Positions 42,442-50,799 of a DNA stretch of 64,000 bases are shown here, in pieces. Position 1 is the first letter of the stretch. The number at the start of each line of letters is the position of its first letter. The translations under genes and the position numbers were made by a program. Location of the stretch: positions 708,072-772,071 of the forward strand of contig OZ252031.1 in assembly GCA_965247775.1 (NCBI GenBank), written 5' to 3'. This DNA is from Dehalococcoidia bacterium. Lineage in GTDB: Bacteria; Chloroflexota; Dehalococcoidia; Bin125. The notes beneath the pieces were generated by a model. The model had not been told where the DNA came from, did not search any database, and was given only the letters and a program-made list of their open reading frames with translations.

Positions 42442-43221
42442 TCAGGCCGATCGCGCCGCCAGAGCGGCGTCGAGCGCCGCGCGCTCCTCGGCGCTCATGG
42501 CCCAGGCCTGGGTGGCGGCCGTATTGCTCCGCACCTGCTCCGCGCTCGTTGCCCCCGCGATCACCGAGGAAACGACGTGCTGGCTCGCCAGCCAGCTCAG
42601 CGCCAGATCGTGCACACGGTGGCCGTGCTCCTCCGCGAAGGTCGTCAGGCGCTCCAAGCGATCCCAGTTCGCCTCCGCCGTAACCGCCTGGATGTGCGCC
42701 GCCATCCGATCTCGCCACTCGTGCAGGCGCGTGCCCACTGGCGGAGGCTGGCTCCGGCGATACTTCCCGGTCAGGAAGCCGCTGGCCAGGGGGAAGTAGG
42801 GCAGCATCCCCACGCCGAAGTGCCCGCAGGCCGGAATCAGCTCCGCTTCCACATCCCGCTGCAGCAGGCTCCACTCGTTCTGCGCCGACACGAAGCGCGT
42901 CAGGCCTCGCGCGCGGGCCGCCCACTCTGCCTCTGCGACCTGCCAGCCGGCAAAGTTGGATGAGCCGATGTAGCGCACGGTCCCCGCCCGCATCAGGTCG
43001 TCGAGGGCCCGCAGCGTCTCCTCGATCGGGGTGCGCGGGTCCGGCAGATGAACCTGGTAGAGGTCCAGGTAATCGGTTCCCAGCCGGCGCAGGCTGGCCT
43101 CCAGCGCCTCCTGCACCACGTCCGTCGTGGCGGTCTGGTCCAAGCGCGCTCCGAAGTTGTTCGTGCCCAGGCCGGCCAGGGAGACGCGCAGCCCCGACCC
43201 TCCCAACTGGCGATATTCCAT
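42442..43221 (-). CDS. Aldo/keto reductase with ~75-aa in-frame internal deletion (probably non-functional)
   Basis: [24 protein letters not shown] runs directly into ...[18 protein letters not shown]. Intact paralogs at 46914 and 47947 carry ~75 residues (DTADxY ... GLSR) between these blocks. Confidence 0.6.
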   Translation of the reverse strand: MEYRQLGGSGLRVSLAGLGTNNFGARLDQTATTDVVQEALEASLRRLGTDYLDLYQVHLPDPRTPIEETLRALDDLMRAGTVRYIGSSNFAGWQVAEAEWAARARGLTRFVSAQNEWSLLQRDVEAELIPACGHFGVGMLPYFPLASGFLTGKYRRSQPPPVGTRLHEWRDRMAAHIQAVTAEANWDRLERLTTFAEEHGHRVHDLALSWLASQHVVSSVIAGATSAEQVRSNTAATQAWAMSAEERAALDAALAARSA

Positions 43222-43784
43222 GCTGGCCTCCCGTGCTCTGGCGCGCCCTAGCGTCGCACTTCCGCGCGGCCCCCGCCACGACGCTCGCTATCAGGGTTCT
43301 CCTACTACGGGGCGGCGCACGCGCTGCCGATGATCATGGAGATGCCCAGGCGATTCCGCTCCCCTTCGCAGCTGGGACGGATCACACGGTCCGCGGCCTT
43401 CGTGGCCACGATGGCCCTCCTGCTCCTGGCACCGTTGGCGCACACCCCGCCCCGCGGGCTCTCCGCCGTCGGCGGGGTGCCTCTTCCGGCAGCAGCGGGC
43501 ACGGAGTAGCAGATCATCGCTGGCTACAACACCGCTACCCATGCCGGGCAGGATGCAGAGGCCATCGACATCGTGCGGGTGGATGGCCCGACCGCGGGCT
43601 CCCGCGCCCTGGCCCCGGTGGGCAGCGATTGTCTCAGCCTGTACGGCGGCGGCGGCCGCTCGCACCTGCTCTGCCATGTGTTGTCGCTCAACGGTCTGGA
43701 GCGCGGGATGGAGGCCGCGGCCGGGCAGTGGCTGGCCACCGTCGCGCCGGACGGGCAGGCACCTGCCTGTCAGCAGACTCGCTC

Positions 43785-45482
43785 CTAGTGGCGGGTCAGC
43801 CAGCCGAACTCCTGCTTACGTCGCTGCGGCCTCGCGGCCAGCTCCACGTGGATCAACGTGGAGCCCTCCTGGGCGAAGGAATCCTTGACGGCGGCTTCCA
43901 CTTCAGCCGGGGTGGTGCAGTAATACCCCTTGCCGCCGAAGGCCTCGATGATCTTCTCGTAGTGGGAACCGGGCAGCATCACGTTCGGCGGGATGGGCCG
44001 GCTCTCGTCGATCTCGGCTACACCCCCGCCGATGCCGTTGTTGTTGAAGATCACCCAGGTGATCGGCAGCTTGTGACGCACCGCGGTCTCCACCTCGGCC
44101 GGCCCGAAGCCGAAGGCCGCGTCGCCCTCCAGCGCCACCACCCGCTTGCCTGGGTTGAGCGCCTGGGCGGCCAGCGCGAAGCCGGGGCCCACGCCCATCG
44201 TGCCCCAGGTGCCGGCGTCCAGCCTGGCCCGTGCCTCGTAGCTGTTGATCACCGTGCGCGCCACACCCATGGTGTTCTCACCCTCGGTGATGAAGATGGC
44301 GTCCCGGGGCATGGCGTCGTCCAGGATTTTTAGCGGACGGTAGTAGCCCATGGGCACCTCGTCCGAGGTGAACAACTCCTCGTTCTGTTTGCGCTTCTTT
44401 TCCACTTCCGCGTTGAGGCTTGCCAGCCACTCGGCCGAATCCTCGAAGTGCCACGGCTCGGCGTCCAGCGCGCCGTTGATCTGCCCCATCACAGCCTGCG
44501 CGTCGCCGACCAGTGGCGCTTCGGTGGGGACGTTCGTGCCGATCTCCTCCGGCTCGATGTCCAGCTGCACCACGCGCAGATCCTCGCGCCAGCGCGGCGG
44601 GAGCCCGAAGTGCATGATCCAGTTGAGCCGCGCCCCAATCAGGAAGACCACGTCCGCGTTCTTCAGCGCCATGGTCCGCGCGGCGGAGACGTTCAGGGGG
44701 TGGTCGTCCGGCACGACGCCTTTCCCCATGGGCGTGGGCAGAAACGGCAACCCCGTCTTGTCGATGAACTCGCGAACCGCGTGCTCGGCCTGGGACCAGG
44801 CGGCGCCCTTGCCGACGACCACGAGCGGGTTGGAGGCGCTCGTCAGCGCCTCCAACGCCTTGGCCACGTCCGCGTCGGCGGCCTCGCTGCGCGCCGGCTC
44901 CGGCACGCGCTCCAACCAGCGCACCTCGGCCTCGTCGACTTTGGCGTCGATCACGTTGCCCGGCATGTCCAGATAGACCGGCCCCGGACGGCCACTGATG
45001 GCCGTGCGCACCGCGTTGGCGATGAGGTGGGGGATGAGGCGCACGTCCTGCGCCTGCTGCGCCCACTTGACGAAGGGCTGGGCGGCGGCCACCTGCGGCG
45101 CTTCCTGGAAGTCACCGCGATTCATCAGCTCGGTGCTGGAGGAGCCGCCGATTAGCAGCATTGGCCAGCAGTTCGCTTCGGCGTTGCCCAGCGCGGTGAC
45201 GGCGTTGGTCATGCCGGGGCCGGACACCGTCAGAGCGACGCCGATGCGCCCGTTCATGTAGCCCGCCGCCTGCGCCGCGAAGGCCGCCGCTTGCTCATGG
45301 CGGGTGCCGATGTAGCGCAACCCTGCCCGCTGCACGCCGGCGGCGATCGGTCCCACCGGCAAGCCCACCACGCCGAATACCTCACCCACCCCCTGCGTCT
45401 TCAGCGACTGCGCCACGATCTCCGCGCCCGTGATTTCGACCACGCTGGTCTCCTTCGCCCGGCGCGCGGGCCTCGCCGGCAC
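43785..45482 (-). CDS. oxc: Oxalyl-CoA decarboxylase / 2-hydroxyacyl-CoA lyase family ThDP enzyme
   Basis: 565 aa and collinear with Oxc (GVVGLPVGPIA..RHEQAAAFAAQAAGY..GVALTVSGPG..CWPMLLIGGSS, GDFQEAPQ, RTAISGRPGPVYLDMP, GTWGTMGVG). Confidence 0.8.
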   Translation of the reverse strand: MPARPARRAKETSVVEITGAEIVAQSLKTQGVGEVFGVVGLPVGPIAAGVQRAGLRYIGTRHEQAAAFAAQAAGYMNGRIGVALTVSGPGMTNAVTALGNAEANCWPMLLIGGSSSTELMNRGDFQEAPQVAAAQPFVKWAQQAQDVRLIPHLIANAVRTAISGRPGPVYLDMPGNVIDAKVDEAEVRWLERVPEPARSEAADADVAKALEALTSASNPLVVVGKGAAWSQAEHAVREFIDKTGLPFLPTPMGKGVVPDDHPLNVSAARTMALKNADVVFLIGARLNWIMHFGLPPRWREDLRVVQLDIEPEEIGTNVPTEAPLVGDAQAVMGQINGALDAEPWHFEDSAEWLASLNAEVEKKRKQNEELFTSDEVPMGYYRPLKILDDAMPRDAIFITEGENTMGVARTVINSYEARARLDAGTWGTMGVGPGFALAAQALNPGKRVVALEGDAAFGFGPAEVETAVRHKLPITWVIFNNNGIGGGVAEIDESRPIPPNVMLPGSHYEKIIEAFGGKGYYCTTPAEVEAAVKDSFAQEGSTLIHVELAARPQRRKQEFGWLTRH

Positions 45483-45846
45483 GTCCGGCGCCGCCGCCCC
45501 CTCGGGTGCGCTGAAGGTATCGGAATCGGAGGATGGGCGCAGCGGCGCAAGGCGACGTCAGGTGGCCCGATCGTCGTCGGGCGCCTCTACTCGCGCGTGG
45601 CGGCGCCGGCGGCAGACGGGGTGGTCGATGCATTCCTCGCGGCCCGCATCGGTCATGGAGTCCCAGCGCGGATCGAGCGTCTCATGGGGGTATGCCGCCT
45701 CGGCCTTGTCCTTGCTGCGTGAGAACAGACGCATCGTGCTCGCCCCTTCCACTTCCCGGCCTCGCCTCACCATGGGTACGCCCTGTGCGGTGGCCTGGAC
45801 GTGTTGTGCGCCAGCGCACAAGCGGAGGACGGGCGACGGGCGTGGA

Positions 45847-46815
45847 TCAGTAGCCGAGCGCCTTATCGACCAAGCCGATCAGCGGCTGTCCACGGCGGAA
45901 GCGCCGCAGGTTTTCCACAAACCGCTCAAGGTTGCGGTCAGCACGCAGCTGGCTGGCGCCCGCTGTGTGCGGGGTGATGACGACGTTGTCCATGCGCCAC
46001 AAGGGGTGATCGGCCGGCAGCGGCTCCGGCGGTGTCACGTCCAGCCCGGCCCCGGCGATCTGACCCTCCTCTAACGCTCGCACGAGCGCCTCCCCATCGA
46101 CGATGGCGCCCCGCGTGACGTTGATCAGGAAAGCCGACGGCTTCATCCGCTCCAGTGCCGCAGCGTCGATCAGGCCGGCGGTCTCAGCGGTCAGGGGGCA
46201 ACAGACCGTGACCACGTCCGACTGCTCCAGCAGCCCCGGCAAGTGCGAGAGCGTATGCACCAGCGGCGTCTCCGGCGTGCCGTGCACCGTATCCCTGTCG
46301 ACGGCGCGGCAGCGCATGCCGAAGGCCGCCGCGCGCCGCGCCACCTCGCGGCCCGTGCCACCGAAGCCGATGATCCCCATCTCCAGCCCAGACAACTCCA
46401 GTGATTCCGATCGCAATGCGCCGCGTTGCTCCCAGGCCGTGGGGCCCAGCCGCACCGCCGTGGCCAGGCGCCGGCTGAGCGCCAGGAGAAGGGCGAAGGC
46501 GTGGTCCGCCAGGTGTCCGCCCACGAGGCCCTTCTCGCCGGTCAGGAGGACGTCGCCTTGCTGGAACTCCGGGAAGAGAAAGGCGTCCACGCCCGCAGCG
46601 ATGGCGTGCACCCAGCGCAGCCGCTCCGTCGTCGCGAACAGCTCCTCGTCGATGAAGCCCAGGACCACGTGGGCGGTCGGGGCGGCCGCGAGCGCCTCCT
46701 CTCGTGTCTGTGCGACGGTCACCGTGTCGTCCGCGCCGAGCGCGCCGCGGACGCGAGTCAGCTGGGCCGGCGACACCTCGGGCAGCGTTTGCCCGGTCAT
46801 GATCAGGATCTGCAT
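45847..46815 (-). CDS. D-isomer-specific 2-hydroxyacid dehydrogenase (NAD-binding)
   Basis: GIIGFGGTGREVARRA NAD-binding motif and catalytic RGAIVD...PHTAG pattern. Confidence 0.8.
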   Translation of the reverse strand: MQILIMTGQTLPEVSPAQLTRVRGALGADDTVTVAQTREEALAAAPTAHVVLGFIDEELFATTERLRWVHAIAAGVDAFLFPEFQQGDVLLTGEKGLVGGHLADHAFALLLALSRRLATAVRLGPTAWEQRGALRSESLELSGLEMGIIGFGGTGREVARRAAAFGMRCRAVDRDTVHGTPETPLVHTLSHLPGLLEQSDVVTVCCPLTAETAGLIDAAALERMKPSAFLINVTRGAIVDGEALVRALEEGQIAGAGLDVTPPEPLPADHPLWRMDNVVITPHTAGASQLRADRNLERFVENLRRFRRGQPLIGLVDKALGY

Positions 46816-46913
46816 GGCCCGAGGATAGCGCCCGGCCGGCGACGTGATCCGCACCGCCTGTGTACGGACGCAGCCGGCGCCGAGGCGGTAGCATGCCGCG
46901 GCGGAGGGGGCCC

Positions 46914-47939
46914 ATGGAGCACCGTCAGTTGGGTCGGAGCGGGCTACGCGTTTCGGCCCTCGCGATGGGGACCTCCGTGTTCGGCTCCCAGGTCGCTGAG
47001 GCCAACGCCTGCGCCATCCTCGACAAGGCGGTGGACGGCGGGATCACCTTCATCGACACCGCTGATATGTACCCCGCCCCGGCGGAGCAGCCCGGCCTGT
47101 CCGAGGAAATCGTGGGCCGCTGGCTGGCCCAGCGCCCGCGCGATTCCGTTGTGCTCGCTAGCAAGGTCTGGGGTGAGACCGGTCCCGGCCTCAACGACCG
47201 TGGCCTTTCCCGTGCGCACATCCTCACCGCGATCGACGCCAGCCTGCGACGCCTGGGCACCGACTACCTCGACCTCTATCACCTCCACTTCCCCGACACC
47301 TCAGTCCGTATTGAGGAGACGCTGCAGGCCCTGGACGATGTGGTGCGTTGGGGGAAAGTGCGGTACATCGCCGCCTCCAACTTCGCTGGCTGGCAGCTGG
47401 TTCGGGCCCTGAACGTCGCGGAAGCGCACGGGCTCACCCGCTTCATCTGCAACCAGGCCCGCTACAACGTCCTCTACCGCGAGCCCGATGACGAAATTTT
47501 CCCCCTCTGCCGAGCGACGGGTCTGGGGATCACGATTTACAACCCCCTGGCGGGGGGCATGCTGACCGGCAAGTACGCGAACGCCAAGGACCGGCAGGAA
47601 GGCAGCCGCTTCTCGATGGGCTCCGTCGGTGCGGCCTACCGCGATCGCTATTGGGACGAGATCCAGTTCGACCAAGTCCGTCGGCTACAGGCGCATTTCG
47701 CCGAGCGCGGGATTCCGCTGACGCAGGCCGTGCTGGCCTGGGCTCTGGCGCGCGAGGGCATGTCCTCCGTCATGATCGGCGCCAGCCGGCCCGCCCAGCT
47801 CGACGATCTCCTCGCCGCGACGGAGTTGCAGCTCGAAGAGGCCGACCTCGCCCTCTGCGACGACGTCTGGTACCACCTGCCACGCAAGAAGAAGGCGGCC
47901 CTGGTGATCAATTGGAAGAACGAGGGCGAAGAGGAGTGA
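46914..47939 (+). CDS. Aldo/keto reductase
   Basis: Full-length AKR ([28 protein letters not shown]). First of a tandem pair. Confidence 0.85.
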   Translation: MEHRQLGRSGLRVSALAMGTSVFGSQVAEANACAILDKAVDGGITFIDTADMYPAPAEQPGLSEEIVGRWLAQRPRDSVVLASKVWGETGPGLNDRGLSRAHILTAIDASLRRLGTDYLDLYHLHFPDTSVRIEETLQALDDVVRWGKVRYIAASNFAGWQLVRALNVAEAHGLTRFICNQARYNVLYREPDDEIFPLCRATGLGITIYNPLAGGMLTGKYANAKDRQEGSRFSMGSVGAAYRDRYWDEIQFDQVRRLQAHFAERGIPLTQAVLAWALAREGMSSVMIGASRPAQLDDLLAATELQLEEADLALCDDVWYHLPRKKKAALVINWKNEGEEE

Positions 47940-47946
47940 GGCCGTC

Positions 47947-48948
47947 GTGAAGTACCGGCGCCTGGGCCGCACCGGCTTGCGGGTGTCCGCCATCTGCCTG
48001 GGCACCATGACCTTCGGCTACCAGACCGACCGTGCCGAGGCCCGACGCATCCTGGACACCGCCGCCGAAGGCGGCGTCACCTTCTTCGACTGCTCCGACG
48101 TGTACCCCGTGGGCTCGCCCGACACCGGCACCAGCGAGGAGATCCTGGGGGAATGGGCCGCGGCCCGGCCGCGGGAGTCGCTGGTCCTGGCGACGAAATG
48201 CTTCGGGTCCGTCGGACCGGGCGAGAACGACCGCGGCCTTTCTCGCGCGCACGTGCTCAATGCCGTCGAGGCGAGCCTGCGGCGGCTCCGGACCGACTAC
48301 ATCGACCTCTACCAGCTCCACCACCCCGACCCCTCCGTGCCCATCGACGAAACGCTGGAGGTTTTGGACGACCTCGTGCGCTGGGGCAAGGTGCGCTACA
48401 TCGGCACCTCCAACTTCCGCAGCTGGCAACTGGGCTTGGCCCTGGGCGTCAGCGATCGCCGTGGTCTGGCCCGCTTCGAGTCCGAGCAGCCGCGCTACAA
48501 CCTGCTCCATCGGGCCGCCGAGGAGGAATTGCTCCCACTCGCGCGGGAGGAGGGCATCGGGATCATCGCCTACAATCCGCTCGCTGGCGGCTTGCTCACT
48601 GGCAAGTATGCAGACACGAGCGATCTCCGCGAGGGCACTCGCTTCATGCTCGGCAACGTCGCGGGGCGCTACCAGGACCGCTACTGGCACGAGGATGAGT
48701 TCCGCGAGGTCGAGCGCCTCAAGACCTACTTCGATCAACGCGACACGGCCCTGACGCACGCCGCGGTCGCCTGGGTGCTCGCGCAGGAAGGCGTGACCGC
48801 CGCCATCGTCGGAGCCAGCCGCGGGGAGCAGGTCGAGGATTCGCTCAAGGCACTGGACGTGGACCTCTCCCCGGACGATCTGGCCTTCTGCGACGCCGCC
48901 TGGTACACCCTGCCCCGCCGACCGCCGACGATCAGCAGGCAGGGATGA
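47947..48948 (+). CDS. Aldo/keto reductase (tandem paralog)
   Basis: Full-length AKR, ~55% identical to the upstream copy. Its stop overlaps the next gene's start (ATGA). Confidence 0.85.
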   Translation: MKYRRLGRTGLRVSAICLGTMTFGYQTDRAEARRILDTAAEGGVTFFDCSDVYPVGSPDTGTSEEILGEWAAARPRESLVLATKCFGSVGPGENDRGLSRAHVLNAVEASLRRLRTDYIDLYQLHHPDPSVPIDETLEVLDDLVRWGKVRYIGTSNFRSWQLGLALGVSDRRGLARFESEQPRYNLLHRAAEEELLPLAREEGIGIIAYNPLAGGLLTGKYADTSDLREGTRFMLGNVAGRYQDRYWHEDEFREVERLKTYFDQRDTALTHAAVAWVLAQEGVTAAIVGASRGEQVEDSLKALDVDLSPDDLAFCDAAWYTLPRRPPTISRQG

Positions 48949-50432
48949 CGGCGCCCGAATGCGCCCCGGCCCGGCACGTCGTCGTCGTGGGGGCGGGCAA
49001 CGCGGCGCTCAGTGCCGCCCTGGCCGCAGCGGAGCAGGGCGCCCGCGTCAGCGTGCTCGAGAAGGCGCCGGAGACCGAGCGCGGCGGCAATACCTACTTC
49101 GCGGGCGGCGGTTTCCGCTTCCCCTACGACGGACTCGATACCATCCGAGCCCTCATTCCGGACCTGAGTGATGCTGAGGCGGCCACAAGTGAAGTGGGCT
49201 CCTATCCGGCGCCGCAGTTCCGCGCCGACCTGGCCGCCGTCAGCGACGGCCTGATGGACGATCATCTGGCGGACGCGCTCGTGCGCGAGGCCCTGCCCAC
49301 GATGCACTGGCTGCGGGCGCAGGGCGGTCGCTGGGTGCTCATGACCGGCCGCCAGGCGCATCGCGTGGGGGACAAGCTCGTTTTCTACGGGGGCCTGATC
49401 GTGGAGGCGGTGGGCGGGGGCGCCGGCCTCTCGGACGGGCTGTTCGAGTCGGCGCTCACCTCCGGCGTCGACGTGCGCTACGAGCACAAGCTCATGCGCT
49501 TGGCGATGGATGGCGCGCGCGTCGTGGGAGCGGTCGCGCGCACGCCCCGTGGCGACGAGACCATCGCCGCGGACGCTGTCGTGCTGGCCGCCGGCGGATT
49601 CGAGGCCAACACGGAGATGCGGGCCCGCTACCTGGGTGCGGGCTGGGATCTGGCCAAAGTGCGCGGCTCGCGCTTCAACACCGGCGACGCGATTCGCGCC
49701 GCCCTGGACGCCGGCGCCCAGCCCTTCGGCAATTGGTCCGGCGCTCACGCCGTCGCCTGGGATCTCAACGCCCCCGCGACCGGCAACCGCGGCGTGGGCG
49801 ACCTCTACCAAAAGCACTCGTATCCCTACGGGATCGTCGTCAACGTGAATGGCGAGCGCTTCCTCGACGAGGGCGCCGACTATCGCAACTACACCTACGC
49901 CAAGTACGGCCGCGCGATACTCGGACAGCCGCTGCGCACCGCCTTCCAACTCTTCGATCAGAAGTCCGTCCCCCTCCTCCGCGACGAGTACCGCGTGCGG
50001 CACGCCACCCGAGCGGAGGCCGCGATCATCCCGGCGCTCGGCGAGCAGCTGGGCGTCGACGTGGCCGGGCTCGCGGCCACGGTGGAGGCGTTCAACGCCG
50101 CCTGCCGCCCCGGCAACTTCAATCCGTCGGCCTTGGACGGCGTTCACACGGAAGGAATCACGCCCCCCAAATCCAACTGGGCGGCCCCGCTTGACGCGCC
50201 GCCCTACCTGGGCTTCGCCGTCACCTGCGGCATCACATTCACGTTCGGGGGGTTGAAGATCGTGCCCAATACTGCCCAGGTCCTTGACACCGAAGAGCGC
50301 CCCATCCCCGGGCTCTACGCCGCGGGAGAGTTGGTGGGCGGACTCTTCTACGGCAACTACGCGGGCGGCTCGGGTCTCATGGCGGGCGCGGTGTTCGGCC
50401 GCATCGCCGGACGGGCGGCGGCGACGCCATAG
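48945..50432 (+). CDS. FAD-dependent oxidoreductase, TcuA-like (tricarballylate dehydrogenase / fumarate-reductase flavoprotein fold)
   Basis: N-terminal VVVVGAGNAALSAALAAAEQGARVSVLEK FAD motif, ~495 aa. The antisense ORF 48735..50615 was rejected. Confidence 0.7.
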   Translation: MTAPECAPARHVVVVGAGNAALSAALAAAEQGARVSVLEKAPETERGGNTYFAGGGFRFPYDGLDTIRALIPDLSDAEAATSEVGSYPAPQFRADLAAVSDGLMDDHLADALVREALPTMHWLRAQGGRWVLMTGRQAHRVGDKLVFYGGLIVEAVGGGAGLSDGLFESALTSGVDVRYEHKLMRLAMDGARVVGAVARTPRGDETIAADAVVLAAGGFEANTEMRARYLGAGWDLAKVRGSRFNTGDAIRAALDAGAQPFGNWSGAHAVAWDLNAPATGNRGVGDLYQKHSYPYGIVVNVNGERFLDEGADYRNYTYAKYGRAILGQPLRTAFQLFDQKSVPLLRDEYRVRHATRAEAAIIPALGEQLGVDVAGLAATVEAFNAACRPGNFNPSALDGVHTEGITPPKSNWAAPLDAPPYLGFAVTCGITFTFGGLKIVPNTAQVLDTEERPIPGLYAAGELVGGLFYGNYAGGSGLMAGAVFGRIAGRAAATP

Positions 50433-50499
50433 CGACATAACTGGTGCGGAACTTCGGCCTATCGCCCGACGTTCAGAACAGGGAACGGGGAGTCCGGCG

Positions 50500-50799
50500 A
50501 TGTCACTCCAGGCGCGTGTGCTGATACTGCTCGTGGTGGCGCTCACCGCCACCGCCTTGGCGGCGCCGGCCGGCTTCGCCGCCGGGAGCGAGACGCCAGC
50601 CGCCGAGCGACCCATCCCCGGGCGCGCGGCGGGTGATCATCTGCCGGGCGCCGCGGGGGCAGGCGCCGCTGGCGATTGGGCGGCCCCCGTCACTGCCTTG
50701 GCGGTGACGGCCGTTCTGGCCGCCATGGGCTATGGCGTCGTGCGACGCTGGTTCCCCGAGCCCAAAGGCGGGCGGGCTGAGGTCAGGCTAGAGGCTTAG
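50500..50799 (+). CDS. Hypothetical small secreted protein with C-terminal hydrophobic anchor
   Basis: Signal peptide MSLQARVLILLVVALTATALAAPAGFAAG, a C-terminal TM segment and a basic tail (VLAAMGYGVVRRWF). Confidence 0.35.
   Translation: MSLQARVLILLVVALTATALAAPAGFAAGSETPAAERPIPGRAAGDHLPGAAGAGAAGDWAAPVTALAVTAVLAAMGYGVVRRWFPEPKGGRAEVRLEA

Noticed and set aside
45558-45821. Small ORF (MRLFSRSKDKAEAAYPHETLDPRWDSMTDAGREECIDHPVCRRRRHARV) between oxc and the 2-hydroxyacid dehydrogenase.
   Set aside because: It is short (~49 aa from the plausible Met) with no motif or context. It overlaps other frames in a GC-rich gap.
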